A stretch of 64,000 nucleotides of DNA, from the NCBI GenBank assembly GCA_964291295.2, contig OZ219754.1:2976001-3040000 (forward strand). Reading direction: 5' to 3'. The stretch comes from an uncultured Candidatus Binatia bacterium (GTDB lineage Bacteria; Desulfobacterota; Binatia; UBA9968; JAJDTQ01). Positions within the stretch are counted from its first letter, which is position 1; every line of letters starts with the position of its first letter. The position numbers were made by a program, and so were the translations under genes. The notes under the pieces are model-generated. The model was not told the DNA's origin and did no database searches. It saw nothing but the letters and a program-made list of their open reading frames with translations. Below, piece by piece: positions 48,801 through 57,815 of this stretch.

Positions 48801-51124
48801 GACCGCTTCTCCTTGGCTTCGCGCTCGGCCAGCGCCGCCACGATGCGCTCGGGGCGAAGCGGCAACTCGGTGATGTGGATGCCGCCCAAGGCATTGGCCA
48901 CGGCGTTGCCGATGGCCGGGGCCACCGCCGGGATCACCGCCTCCCCCACCCCCTTGGCACCGAACGGGCCGTCCGGATGCGGATTTTCCACCAGCAGCGA
49001 GCGGAACCGATCCGGGTGGTCCTCCATGGACGGCAGCATGTATTCGAGCAGGCTGCCGTTCACGGGCTGGCCCTGCTCGAACACCATCTCCTCGAAGAAG
49101 GCCGCTCCGAGGGCCTCCAGCATGGAGCCCTCGTTCTGAAGCCGGCACTGGAGCGGATTGATGGCCTTGCCCGCGTCCACCGAGGTGACCACGTTGAGGA
49201 GGCGCACCTTGCCGGTCTCCACGTCCACCTCCACCTCCGCGCCGCAGGCCGAGAAGAACCAGAAGGCGGCGGCCTTGCCCTTGCCGGTCTTGGGGTCGAG
49301 GCCGCCCTGGACCTGGAAATTGCAACTCCCGAAGATGCTGCCCACCGCATCGCCGTACTTCACCCGCAGGAGCTGCGGCACGGTGAGGCTCCGGTCGGGA
49401 ACACCCCGGACCCGGACGCCGCCGGCGCCGAGTTCCAGATCCTCCCTGTCCACTTCCAGCGCCTGGGCGCCGGCCTCCAGCAGTTGCGCGCGCACATCTT
49501 CCGCGGCCCTCAGCGCGGCGTTGCCCATGTGGAACGTGGTACGGCTGGAACTGGTGGACTTGTCGTAGGGGGTCACGTCGGTGTCCGGTGCGGACACGGT
49601 CACCCGCTCCACCGGAATGCCGAGCCGCTCGGCGACGATCTGCGCCAGACAGGTGCGCACTCCCTGCCCCATCTCCGTGCTGCTGGTCAGGAGCATCACC
49701 GAGCCGTCGCCGTTGAGCCGCACGCTGGCGGCCGACGCCGTGGGCGTGGTGGTGCTCTTCATGATGACCGCCAGGCCCCGGCCGCGCCTCGACGTCCCCT
49801 GGCCGGCGCCGGCCTCCTGTTCCGCGGCACCGCGCCAGCCGATGCTCGACGCCACCTGCCGGAGGCAGTCCGCGGCGCCCACCGACACCAGGGATTCGCC
49901 GGTGACGAAGACGTCGCCTTCCCGGACCAGGTTCTTGAGCCGAAGCTGCAGCGGATCCATGCCGAGATGCCGCGCGATGCGGTCCATCTCCGACTCGCAG
50001 GCCCAAGCCACATGGGACACCCCCACGCCGCGGTAGGGGCCTGCCGGGGGAAGGTTGGTGTAGACCGCATGGGTGGTCATGCGGCAGTGGGGCACTCGGT
50101 ACGGGCCGCTGGCCACGTAGGAACCGGTCTTGGCGTTGGCCGGACCGGAGAGGGCGTAGGCGCCAAGGTCGTAGAAAACCTCCACCTCCCGCGCCACCAG
50201 GCTGCCGTCGCGCTTGAACCCGGTCCTGATCCGGATGAATCCCCCGTAGCGGCGTCCGGTGAGAAACACCTCCTCCCGGGTCAGCACCCACTGGACCGGC
50301 CTTCCGGCCTTGCGCGCCAACAGCGCGGTCACCGGTTCCAGGCGGGCATGGGTCTTGCCGCCGTAACCGCCGCCCACATGGGGCACCACCACCCGGACGC
50401 CGCTCTCGGGCAGTTTGAAGATCCGCGCCAACTGCTCCTGGAGCCCCACCGCGTTCTGGCACGGAGCATGCACCCGCAGCCGGTTGGGCGACTCCCACGC
50501 CGCCGTGGCCACATGGGGCTCGATGTGGCCGTGCTGTACCGGCGGCATGCGGTAGGTGTTCTCCAGGATCTCGTCGGCCTCGGCGAAGCCGGCGTCGAGG
50601 TCGCCGTCCGCGGCGCGGAACACGCTGCAGACATTGCCGCCGGCGTTGAGATTGAGCTGCTCGCGGAAGATGGCGGCCCGGGTCTCGAAATGCTCCTCGT
50701 GGATCACCGGCGCATCGGGCCGGGCCGCCTCCACCACGTCGAAAACCGCGGGCAGGGGTTCGTACTCCACCTCCAGCAGCTCCACCGCCTCCTCGGCGAT
50801 CTCCCGCTCCTCCGCCGCCACCGCGGCCACGATATCGCCGACGCAACGCACCCGGTCCCGGGCCAGCACCGGCTGGTCCTCCACCACCGGGCCATAGCAG
50901 GGGTTCAGGCCCTGAAGATCGTCCCGGGTGACGATGGCGATGACACCGGGCAGAGCCGCGGCCCGGCTCACATCGATGCGGAGGAGCCTGGCATGGGGGT
51001 GCGGGCTGCGCAGCGCCCTGGCATGGAGCATGCCCGGCAACTCGATGTCGGCGGTGTACTGCGCGGTGCCGGAGACCTTGGCGTTGCCGTCCACCCGCGG
51101 GGTGTCGCTGCCGACCGCGTTCAT
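48797..51124 (-). CDS. Xanthine dehydrogenase-family molybdopterin subunit (CoxL-like)
   Basis: KVSGTAQYTADI, VGGGYGGK, GPYRGVG, EMGQG, SSSRTT, GPFGAKGVGE; ATGA overlap with small subunit. Confidence 0.95.
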   Translation of the reverse strand: MNAVGSDTPRVDGNAKVSGTAQYTADIELPGMLHARALRSPHPHARLLRIDVSRAAALPGVIAIVTRDDLQGLNPCYGPVVEDQPVLARDRVRCVGDIVAAVAAEEREIAEEAVELLEVEYEPLPAVFDVVEAARPDAPVIHEEHFETRAAIFREQLNLNAGGNVCSVFRAADGDLDAGFAEADEILENTYRMPPVQHGHIEPHVATAAWESPNRLRVHAPCQNAVGLQEQLARIFKLPESGVRVVVPHVGGGYGGKTHARLEPVTALLARKAGRPVQWVLTREEVFLTGRRYGGFIRIRTGFKRDGSLVAREVEVFYDLGAYALSGPANAKTGSYVASGPYRVPHCRMTTHAVYTNLPPAGPYRGVGVSHVAWACESEMDRIARHLGMDPLQLRLKNLVREGDVFVTGESLVSVGAADCLRQVASSIGWRGAAEQEAGAGQGTSRRGRGLAVIMKSTTTPTASAASVRLNGDGSVMLLTSSTEMGQGVRTCLAQIVAERLGIPVERVTVSAPDTDVTPYDKSTSSSRTTFHMGNAALRAAEDVRAQLLEAGAQALEVDREDLELGAGGVRVRGVPDRSLTVPQLLRVKYGDAVGSIFGSCNFQVQGGLDPKTGKGKAAAFWFFSACGAEVEVDVETGKVRLLNVVTSVDAGKAINPLQCRLQNEGSMLEALGAAFFEEMVFEQGQPVNGSLLEYMLPSMEDHPDRFRSLLVENPHPDGPFGAKGVGEAVIPAVAPAIGNAVANALGGIHITELPLRPERIVAALAEREAKEKRS

Positions 51125-51963
51125 GGGGAGGCCGCCTGCCACGCCGCGGCCAAGGCACGGCGGCCAAGGACGCGCACCAGGTGGCGCTTGTAATCCGCCG
51201 AGCCGCGGAGGTCGGGGATGGGATCGATCTCCCCGGCGGCCCGTTCGGCGAGCCTTGCCGGCGTGCCCTCGGACGGATCGGCTTCGCACAGGAGCAACGG
51301 CCTTGCCGCCACCGCTCCCACCGCCAGACGCGCCTCCACCGGACGATGGCCCTGAAGCCGCACCAGCGCGGTGATCCCCGCGCACGGTCGCTCCTCCGAG
51401 GAGCCGGTGGTGAACTTGACGTAGTCGCCCACGAGGCGGCCCCGCACCGGCGGCACCGTCACCGCGGTCACCATCTCCCCCGCCGCCAGCGCGGTCTCGT
51501 AGGTGCCGCGGAGAAAGTCCGCCAGCTTCATGGCGCGGGTGCCGCGGACGCCGCTCAGCTCCACATAGGCGTCCAGCGCCACCAGTACGGCCGGCGGGTC
51601 CGACTGGTGGTCGCCATGGGCCAGATTGCCGCCGATGGTGGCGAGATGGCGTATGCGAATGTTGGCCACCTGATGACAGGCCCGGGCCAGCACGGGCAGA
51701 TGCTGCCGCACCACCGGCGCGGTCTCCACCTCGTGAAGGGTCGCCATGGCCTCAATGCGGATGGCCCCGGCGTGGTCGCGGGTGATGGCGCTGGCGCCCT
51801 CCAGCTTCCCGAGGTTCACCAGGGTCACGGGCCGCAAGAGTCCCTGCCGGACCAGAATCAGAAGCGCGGTGCCGCCGCTGACGGGACGGACATCCTCGCC
51901 AGCGTCGAGCATCCGGCATGCTTCGGCAACGGTCCTGGGTTCCAGTAGATCGAAAGGGTGCAT
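51121..51963 (-). CDS. Xanthine dehydrogenase-family FAD subunit (CoxM-like)
   Basis: SGGTALL, IRHLATIGGNLAH..SD, DLRGSADYKRHL. Confidence 0.93.
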   Translation of the reverse strand: MHPFDLLEPRTVAEACRMLDAGEDVRPVSGGTALLILVRQGLLRPVTLVNLGKLEGASAITRDHAGAIRIEAMATLHEVETAPVVRQHLPVLARACHQVANIRIRHLATIGGNLAHGDHQSDPPAVLVALDAYVELSGVRGTRAMKLADFLRGTYETALAAGEMVTAVTVPPVRGRLVGDYVKFTTGSSEERPCAGITALVRLQGHRPVEARLAVGAVAARPLLLCEADPSEGTPARLAERAAGEIDPIPDLRGSADYKRHLVRVLGRRALAAAWQAASP

Positions 51964-52117
51964 GATTCCCGGGATTCGACGGCTGGCCGGCGCCCGCGGC
52001 GGGATGCGACACCAGGCATGGACGCCACGCGTGCCGAAACCCTCCGGGCAGCCGTCAACCGGCCACTGGTAGCGTGCATAACACCGGGCCGGAGCCATTG
52101 CAACGTACCCCGTCCCG

Positions 52118-53305
52118 CTATCGCGCCGCCTCCCGTTGCCGCCGGAACAGCCCGGCCACGCCGGCGCCGATGGCGAAGGAGATCAGTCCCAAGGCGATGA
52201 AGCCCGAGTGGAAACCCAGGTCCGCAACCAGGACGCCCGCGATGAGGGGTCCAAAGGTTCGGCCCATGGAGCTGCCGCCGCGGATCAGTCCCAGGGCGAC
52301 ACCCTTGCCGGAGTCGTCGGCGAGTTGCAGGGCAAGGGTCGTGGAACCCACGTTGGAGAGGCCGAAGCCGGCGGTCATGAGGCACAGGGGCAGCAGCAGC
52401 GCGAGGTAGCCGTGACCCACCACCTGAAGAACGAAGGCGGGAACCGTGACCAGGACGCCCAGGAGGATCACCGTGCGGGCACCGATACGGTCGCACAGCC
52501 AGCCGCCGCCCAGCCTTCCGGCAGTGTCGGCCAGACGGGAGATGCTGACCATGGTGCCGATGATGTCCAGGGTCAGGCCCCGCCGCACCGCCAGGAAAGG
52601 GAAGGCGATGCGAGTGACGCCGACGAGACAAAGGAACGATTGAAAGATGGCGAGCATGGCGCCGAGAAAACCGCGCTGGCTCAACAGCCCCGTTCCCACC
52701 CGCCAGAGCGGAAGGGGGCTCCGCTCCACCGGCTTCTCGGTCCGATGCCCCCGGGCCAGCAGGATGAAGAGCAGGCCGGCGCTCTGCGGCACCGCCACCA
52801 GGAGAAACAGCTTGTCGAGGCCCCACCACTCGCCGACAAACCCGCCCAGGGTCGGACCCAGGGCGAAGCCGAGACCCAGGGCAGCCGCCACCTGACCCTG
52901 CGCCCGGCCTTGCCGGGCGGGCGTGGACTGCACGAAAACGATGCGCCGGATGGCGAGACTGAACATCGCCTCGGTCAGGCCGAGAATGGCGAAGGCCACC
53001 AGAAAAACCGCCAGGCTGTCCTGGAACGCGAAACCCAGAAGCGCCGTCACCACGGCGATGCACACCGACGCCAGCAGCAGAAAGCTCGAACGGAAACACG
53101 ACGCCAGCGTGCCGGACACCACGTCGGAACAGAGGGCGCCGACACCGTTGAGCAGCAGCGGCATGCCCACCACCGCCAGGGGGAACCCCTTGGCATCCAT
53201 GTAGAAGGGCGCCAGCATGGAGGCGCCAATGGCACCCGCAGCCATGCAGATGGCGGCCAGCGCATAAAGCAGGTTCGACGAGACTCCGATCCGCCGGCGC
53301 ATCAC
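52118..53305 (-). CDS. MFS transporter
   Basis: About 12 TM; GWLCDRIGAR motif A. Confidence 0.88.
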   Translation of the reverse strand: MMRRRIGVSSNLLYALAAICMAAGAIGASMLAPFYMDAKGFPLAVVGMPLLLNGVGALCSDVVSGTLASCFRSSFLLLASVCIAVVTALLGFAFQDSLAVFLVAFAILGLTEAMFSLAIRRIVFVQSTPARQGRAQGQVAAALGLGFALGPTLGGFVGEWWGLDKLFLLVAVPQSAGLLFILLARGHRTEKPVERSPLPLWRVGTGLLSQRGFLGAMLAIFQSFLCLVGVTRIAFPFLAVRRGLTLDIIGTMVSISRLADTAGRLGGGWLCDRIGARTVILLGVLVTVPAFVLQVVGHGYLALLLPLCLMTAGFGLSNVGSTTLALQLADDSGKGVALGLIRGGSSMGRTFGPLIAGVLVADLGFHSGFIALGLISFAIGAGVAGLFRRQREAAR

Positions 53306-53468
53306 TGTTACCCCCGCAAGCCGGCCTCACCCACAACGTCACCGCCAGGGAACCGGAAAGCGCCCGAGGAAAGACTGGCCGGCACCGGAGAACTACGGTC
53401 CGGTCCTGGGAGACTCGAGGGGTGGGCGCCCGCCGCTCCCGCCGGAAGGAAGGCCCGCGGAACCTCCT

Positions 53469-54341
53469 TCAGTCTTCCGGGGTGACTCCCTTGACCACGT
53501 AGTCGCCGGACTTTTCGTCCGCCTCGAGGTCCAGCAACTGCTGAGCCTGAGCCTCCTCCAGGAGTTTCCCGAAGGAGCGAAAGCCGTGGTAGCGCTCGTT
53601 GAAGCCGGGCTTGCGCCGCTTGAGCGCCTGCTTGACCATGGAGCCCCAGATCTTGTCCTTCGCACCGCGCTCGTCGAAGAGGTGGGTGACGGTCTCGACC
53701 ACCAGATCCAGGGCCTCCTGCGCCTCCTTCTTCTCCTCCCTGTCCTCCTTCTCGTCCTTCTCCTTGTCCTTCTCCTCCACCGGAGCGACGGTCTTGCGCG
53801 GGCTGCGCGCCGCGGTCTTGACGCGCCGGGTTCCGCTGCGGCGCCTGGAGTCGCGCACCAGGTCGTCGTAGTAGATGAACTCGTCGCAGTTGGCGATGAG
53901 CAGATCCGAGGTGGAGTTCTTGACCCCTACGCCGATGACGACCTTGTTGTTCTCCCGGAGCTTGCTGACCAGCGCGGAAAAATCGGAGTCGCCACTGATG
54001 ATCACGAACGTATCCACGTGGGATTTCGTGTAGCACAGGTCCAGCGCATCCACGACCATGCGAATGTCCGCAGAGTTCTTGCCCGACTGGCGCACGTGCG
54101 GAATCTCGATCAACTCGAAGGAGGCCTCGTGCATGGCGGGCTTGTACTCACGGTAGCGTTCCCAGTCGGAGTAGGCCTTCTTGACCACGATCTTGCCCTT
54201 GACCAGCAACCGGTCCAGAACCTTCCGCATGTCGAAACTGGCGTACCGCGCATCACGGACGCCAATGGCAATGTTCTCGAAGTCGCAATAAAGCGCCAGA
54301 TTCTCGGTGGGCGCCGTGTTCTCGTTCTGTGGTGTTGTCAT
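53469..54341 (-). CDS. NYN (LabA/DUF88) domain protein with C-terminal OST-HTH
   Basis: DFENI, GKNSADIRMVVDA, SGDSDFS, CDEFIYYD; PGFNERYHGFRSF. Confidence 0.92.
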   Translation of the reverse strand: MTTPQNENTAPTENLALYCDFENIAIGVRDARYASFDMRKVLDRLLVKGKIVVKKAYSDWERYREYKPAMHEASFELIEIPHVRQSGKNSADIRMVVDALDLCYTKSHVDTFVIISGDSDFSALVSKLRENNKVVIGVGVKNSTSDLLIANCDEFIYYDDLVRDSRRRSGTRRVKTAARSPRKTVAPVEEKDKEKDEKEDREEKKEAQEALDLVVETVTHLFDERGAKDKIWGSMVKQALKRRKPGFNERYHGFRSFGKLLEEAQAQQLLDLEADEKSGDYVVKGVTPED

Positions 54342-54365
54342 TTTCCCGTTTCCGTGCCTTCCCGG

Positions 54366-55325
54366 TCACCCCTTGATGACGTTTACCGGTGCGCCGTCGA
54401 GATAGCCTCGGATCGCCGCGACATAGCCGTCGAAGTAAGCGCCCAGGTTGGCCTGCTCCACGTAGCCCAGGTGCGGCGTGACCACCGTGTTGTCACACTG
54501 CCGCAGAGGATGGTCCACCGGCAGCGGCTCGGTATCGTAGACGTCCAGACCCGCGCCGGCGATGGTGCCATCCCGCAGCGCCTCCACCAGCGCCCGCTCC
54601 TGGACGATCGGACCCCTCGACGTGTTGATGAGCACCGCCGTGGGCTTCATCATCGCCAGCTCGGCGGCACCCAGCAGCCCCCGGGTACGGCCGCTCAGAA
54701 CCAGATGGATCGTCAGGATGTCGGAACGCGACAGCAACTCCTCCTTGCCGACCCGCGCCACTCCCACCTCCCGGCAGCGCTCCCCGGTCAGATTCTGGCT
54801 CCAGGCGATGACCTCCATCCCGAAAGCCAGCCCGACGCGGGCCACCCGGGCGCCAAGCTTTCCCAGGCCCGCCACTCCCAGGGTCTTGCCCGACAGGCCT
54901 TCGCCCACGGTCTCCTGCCAGCGGCCCTCGCGCATGGCCCGGTCCTCTCGCGGGATATGCCGGAGCAGCCCGATGATCAGCCCCCAGGTCAGTTCCGCGG
55001 TGGGAGCGCCGACACTCGGAGTGCCGCAAACCGTTACGCCGCGCTGCCGGGCCGCGGCCATGTCGATGGAGGCGTTGCGCATGCCGCTGGTCACCAGCAG
55101 CCGCAAGTCGGGCAGCCGCTCCAGCAGACCGCGGCGAAACGGCGTGCGCTCGCGCATGACGCAGATGATCTCGAACGGCGCCAACCGCTTCGCCAAAGCC
55201 TCCTCGTCATCCAGGTGGTCGTGAAATACCGTAACGCCGACGTTCCCGGCCACCTCCCTGGCGTCCAGCAGGGAGCGGGCCACATGCGAATAGTCGTCCA
55301 GAAATGCGGCCCGGGGCTTGCTCAT
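54366..55325 (-). CDS. D-2-hydroxyacid dehydrogenase family protein
   Basis: LDDY, MRERTPF, GLGKLG, INTSRGPIV, GLDVYDTEPLP, TPHLGY. Confidence 0.93.
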   Translation of the reverse strand: MSKPRAAFLDDYSHVARSLLDAREVAGNVGVTVFHDHLDDEEALAKRLAPFEIICVMRERTPFRRGLLERLPDLRLLVTSGMRNASIDMAAARQRGVTVCGTPSVGAPTAELTWGLIIGLLRHIPREDRAMREGRWQETVGEGLSGKTLGVAGLGKLGARVARVGLAFGMEVIAWSQNLTGERCREVGVARVGKEELLSRSDILTIHLVLSGRTRGLLGAAELAMMKPTAVLINTSRGPIVQERALVEALRDGTIAGAGLDVYDTEPLPVDHPLRQCDNTVVTPHLGYVEQANLGAYFDGYVAAIRGYLDGAPVNVIKG

Positions 55326-55360
55326 GCGGTTCCTTTCGGGGGCTCTCTCACTGCGCCTGG

Positions 55361-55459
55361 GGAAGGTCTGAACAACCCCGAGTGCGATGGGGCTGCATCC
55401 GTACAATCAATGGGCTGCGAGCAGCTCGCTGTTGTGCCATCGCCTTGTTCGGACCTTCC
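55361..55459. mobile_element. 99-bp IS5-type MITE
   Basis: GGAAGGTCTGAACAA...TTGTTCGGACCTTCC (14/15 IR), resembling IS5 ends (GGAAGGTGCGAA); flanked by CTGG and CCGG. Confidence 0.75.
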
Positions 55460-55536
55460 CCGGGGAAACGTGCGCACCGCCCTGCCGGCGGCGGGTCCGA
55501 ATCCGCCGTCCCCCGGGAACTGCGTATCGCGGGCTC

Positions 55537-56160
55537 TCAAGAGTCCAGGTCGCGGAGTATCGCACGGCACGGAGCACCGTCCGCGCCGGCGATGCACACG
55601 GGGAGGCAGATCAACTCGTACCAGCCGGGTCGGATATCCGTCAGATCGACCCCCTCCAGCAGCGCGAAGCCGTGATCCAGGAAGGCCCGGTGGACCGCCA
55701 CCTGCTCGTCGGCGTGGGCCACCGAGAGATAATCGAGTCCCACCAGCTGGTAACCTCTGGCCACCAGCGCCTCCGCCGCCTCCACCGAGAAGGCCGTGAA
55801 GTCCGGGTCGTAGACGGCGCGCCGCAGCAACTCCGAGTTGCGGGTCTTGAACAGGATCCGCTCACCCGGAGGAATCACGGCGACATGCTCCGCGGTGATG
55901 TAGCGATGGGCGTCCACCGCGTGCACCCGCGCCGGCCCGATGAAGCGTTCCAGCGGCAACTGGTCGATGGCCGCCCCATCGGGTACGAAGTGAAACGGAG
56001 CGTCCACGTGGGTGCCGCTGTGAACGCTCATGTTCACGCTCGACGAGTTGTTGGGATCCCCGCGCCGCATCCGCCGCCGCTCCAGCAGCTCGAAGGGTGC
56101 GGCCGTCACCCAACGTGCGGTGGCGGTGCCGAGCTTGAGTGAAATGTCGTAGTACCGCAT
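55537..56160 (-). CDS. Cyclase family (kynurenine formamidase-like)
   Basis: HSGTHVDAPFHF, LVGLDYLSV, LLEG, DGAPCRA. Confidence 0.9.
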   Translation of the reverse strand: MRYYDISLKLGTATARWVTAAPFELLERRRMRRGDPNNSSSVNMSVHSGTHVDAPFHFVPDGAAIDQLPLERFIGPARVHAVDAHRYITAEHVAVIPPGERILFKTRNSELLRRAVYDPDFTAFSVEAAEALVARGYQLVGLDYLSVAHADEQVAVHRAFLDHGFALLEGVDLTDIRPGWYELICLPVCIAGADGAPCRAILRDLDS

Positions 56161-56181
56161 GCGGCTCCCGCGCCACGACGC

Positions 56182-57021
56182 TTACAGATCCCGGCAGATG
56201 GCGGATTGCGGCACCTCGGCGCAAAAGGCCAACAGCCGTTCCCGTTCCGCTTGCGCATCCCGCCGCGGCGAGCCGGTCCGCGGTGGATTCGCCGGCGCCC
56301 GCGCCGCGCTCTGACGATCCAGGCGAGCAGCGAGTTCGGCATAGCGTTGCTGCAGGGCTTCCTTGTTCTCCCGCAGCGACAGGAGCACTTCCTTCCAGCG
56401 CTCGTCGTCGCGCGCGTTCCGCTGAGCCAGCGACTCCCGCCCGCTCTCCGCCGCTTTCAGAACCGCATCCAGACGCTTCTCGAGACTTGCCAAGGCGGCG
56501 GCCTGCTCGTCGGAGCGGGACGATCGGGCGAAAGCCTCGTCCAACTCCTCCAATCGGGAGGTCAGGCTCTCCTGATTCCGCTCCACCAGCGCCTTCAACT
56601 CGGCTTGGCGCCGGTCCCCTTCGCGGGCCTCGGCGGCGCTGCGACTCAGCTTCTGCTCGAGACTCTCACGCAACCCGACCAAGGCCTTTTCCCGCCGCTC
56701 TTCAAGGCGCCCGGCCCACCGGGTCAGTTCCTGCTGGAGGAGTTCCGTTTGCGTCGCCGTCACGATGGCGGCGAACTTTTCTTCCAATGACTCGGAATCC
56801 TGCGCCCTCCCGTCGCCGCCATGCAGCTCCAGAGTTTCCCGAATTCTCGCAAGCTGGTCTTCGGCGTGGGTCATGGAGAACATCATCTCGGTGACGCCGG
56901 TTTCGTTCCCGGCAGCCATCCGGTCCACCACGGCCCTGAGGTTTCGGGTCTCCCACGCCGTGTACCCCACGCTCACACCGGCCGCCAGAAGGGCCAGAAA
57001 TGCCAAGGTCTTGCCGATCAA
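56182..57021 (-). CDS. Membrane-anchored coiled-coil hypothetical protein
   Basis: N-terminal hydrophobic segment, long E/R/L/A heptad region, C-terminal C-x7-C. Confidence 0.65.
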   Translation of the reverse strand: MIGKTLAFLALLAAGVSVGYTAWETRNLRAVVDRMAAGNETGVTEMMFSMTHAEDQLARIRETLELHGGDGRAQDSESLEEKFAAIVTATQTELLQQELTRWAGRLEERREKALVGLRESLEQKLSRSAAEAREGDRRQAELKALVERNQESLTSRLEELDEAFARSSRSDEQAAALASLEKRLDAVLKAAESGRESLAQRNARDDERWKEVLLSLRENKEALQQRYAELAARLDRQSAARAPANPPRTGSPRRDAQAERERLLAFCAEVPQSAICRDL

Positions 57022-57048
57022 TGAAATCGTCCAACCAGCCCCAACCCG

Positions 57049-57795
57049 TCAGTTCGAGGTGGCTTCCGGTGGACCCACCGCCTCCGGGCCGAGTCGGGGG
57101 CGAACGAAAGTCTGATAGATGGATTCGTTCTGCAGCCACATGATGTCCACGCGTGTCCGCACCGCCGCCCGCATCTCCTCCTGGAGCCCCGCATCCATGA
57201 TGTGTTCCTTGATCACGTCCACGATGAAGTTGCCGTGCCCTTCGTCATGGTACTCGTGGGCCCGGAAGAACGCCAAGGAGTCGGACGGAATCCATGAATA
57301 GTGCGTCTCGAGGGCCTGGCGCTCCTCGCCCATGCGCCGGGGACCCTCGCCCTCGAAGACCAGGCCGGTGCCGATGGCCACGGCCCAGTGGCTCTGTTGC
57401 ACCAGCTGGACGTACATCTCAAGCGCCGCCCTGATTCCCGGCAGCGGCTCGCAGCCGTGCATCTCTTCACGCGAGATGCCCAGTCCCTCACCAAAGCGGG
57501 TCCACAACTCGGCGTGGCTGGGGTACTCCCCTCCGAACAGATCCTCGCCTTCCTCCTCCACCATGTTTTCCAGCAGCATGCGTCGCAACGCCTGGATGGG
57601 ACACTTCTGGTAGCGTATGCCGAAGAAGCGGTGGATGTTGCGGAATTCGTGAAACTGGTTCTTGGCCCACTCCCGCAACTGTTCGCGCGTGAGCGCACCC
57701 TCCAGCAGCATGCGCCGCAGTGGATGCACTGGATGCCGGCCCCGCAGAACGCCGCGGAGATCGTCGATGAAAGCTTCCGGCGACAGGCTTGCCAT
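57049..57795 (-). CDS. Heme-oxygenase-like diiron enzyme (CADD/PqqC/TenA-like)
   Basis: ENMVEEEG..SHAELW, FEG, FFRAHEYHDEGHG metal-ligand pattern. Confidence 0.85.
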   Translation of the reverse strand: MASLSPEAFIDDLRGVLRGRHPVHPLRRMLLEGALTREQLREWAKNQFHEFRNIHRFFGIRYQKCPIQALRRMLLENMVEEEGEDLFGGEYPSHAELWTRFGEGLGISREEMHGCEPLPGIRAALEMYVQLVQQSHWAVAIGTGLVFEGEGPRRMGEERQALETHYSWIPSDSLAFFRAHEYHDEGHGNFIVDVIKEHIMDAGLQEEMRAAVRTRVDIMWLQNESIYQTFVRPRLGPEAVGPPEATSN

Positions 57796-57815
57796 GCGTC
57801 CCGCTCCCCTGCCGG

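Noticed and set aside
48336-51963. Aerobic CO dehydrogenase
   Set aside because: Lacks the AYxCSFR motif and cox accessory genes
57049-57795. pqqC of PQQ biosynthesis
   Set aside because: No pqqA/B/D/E nearby; ligand pattern is CADD-like
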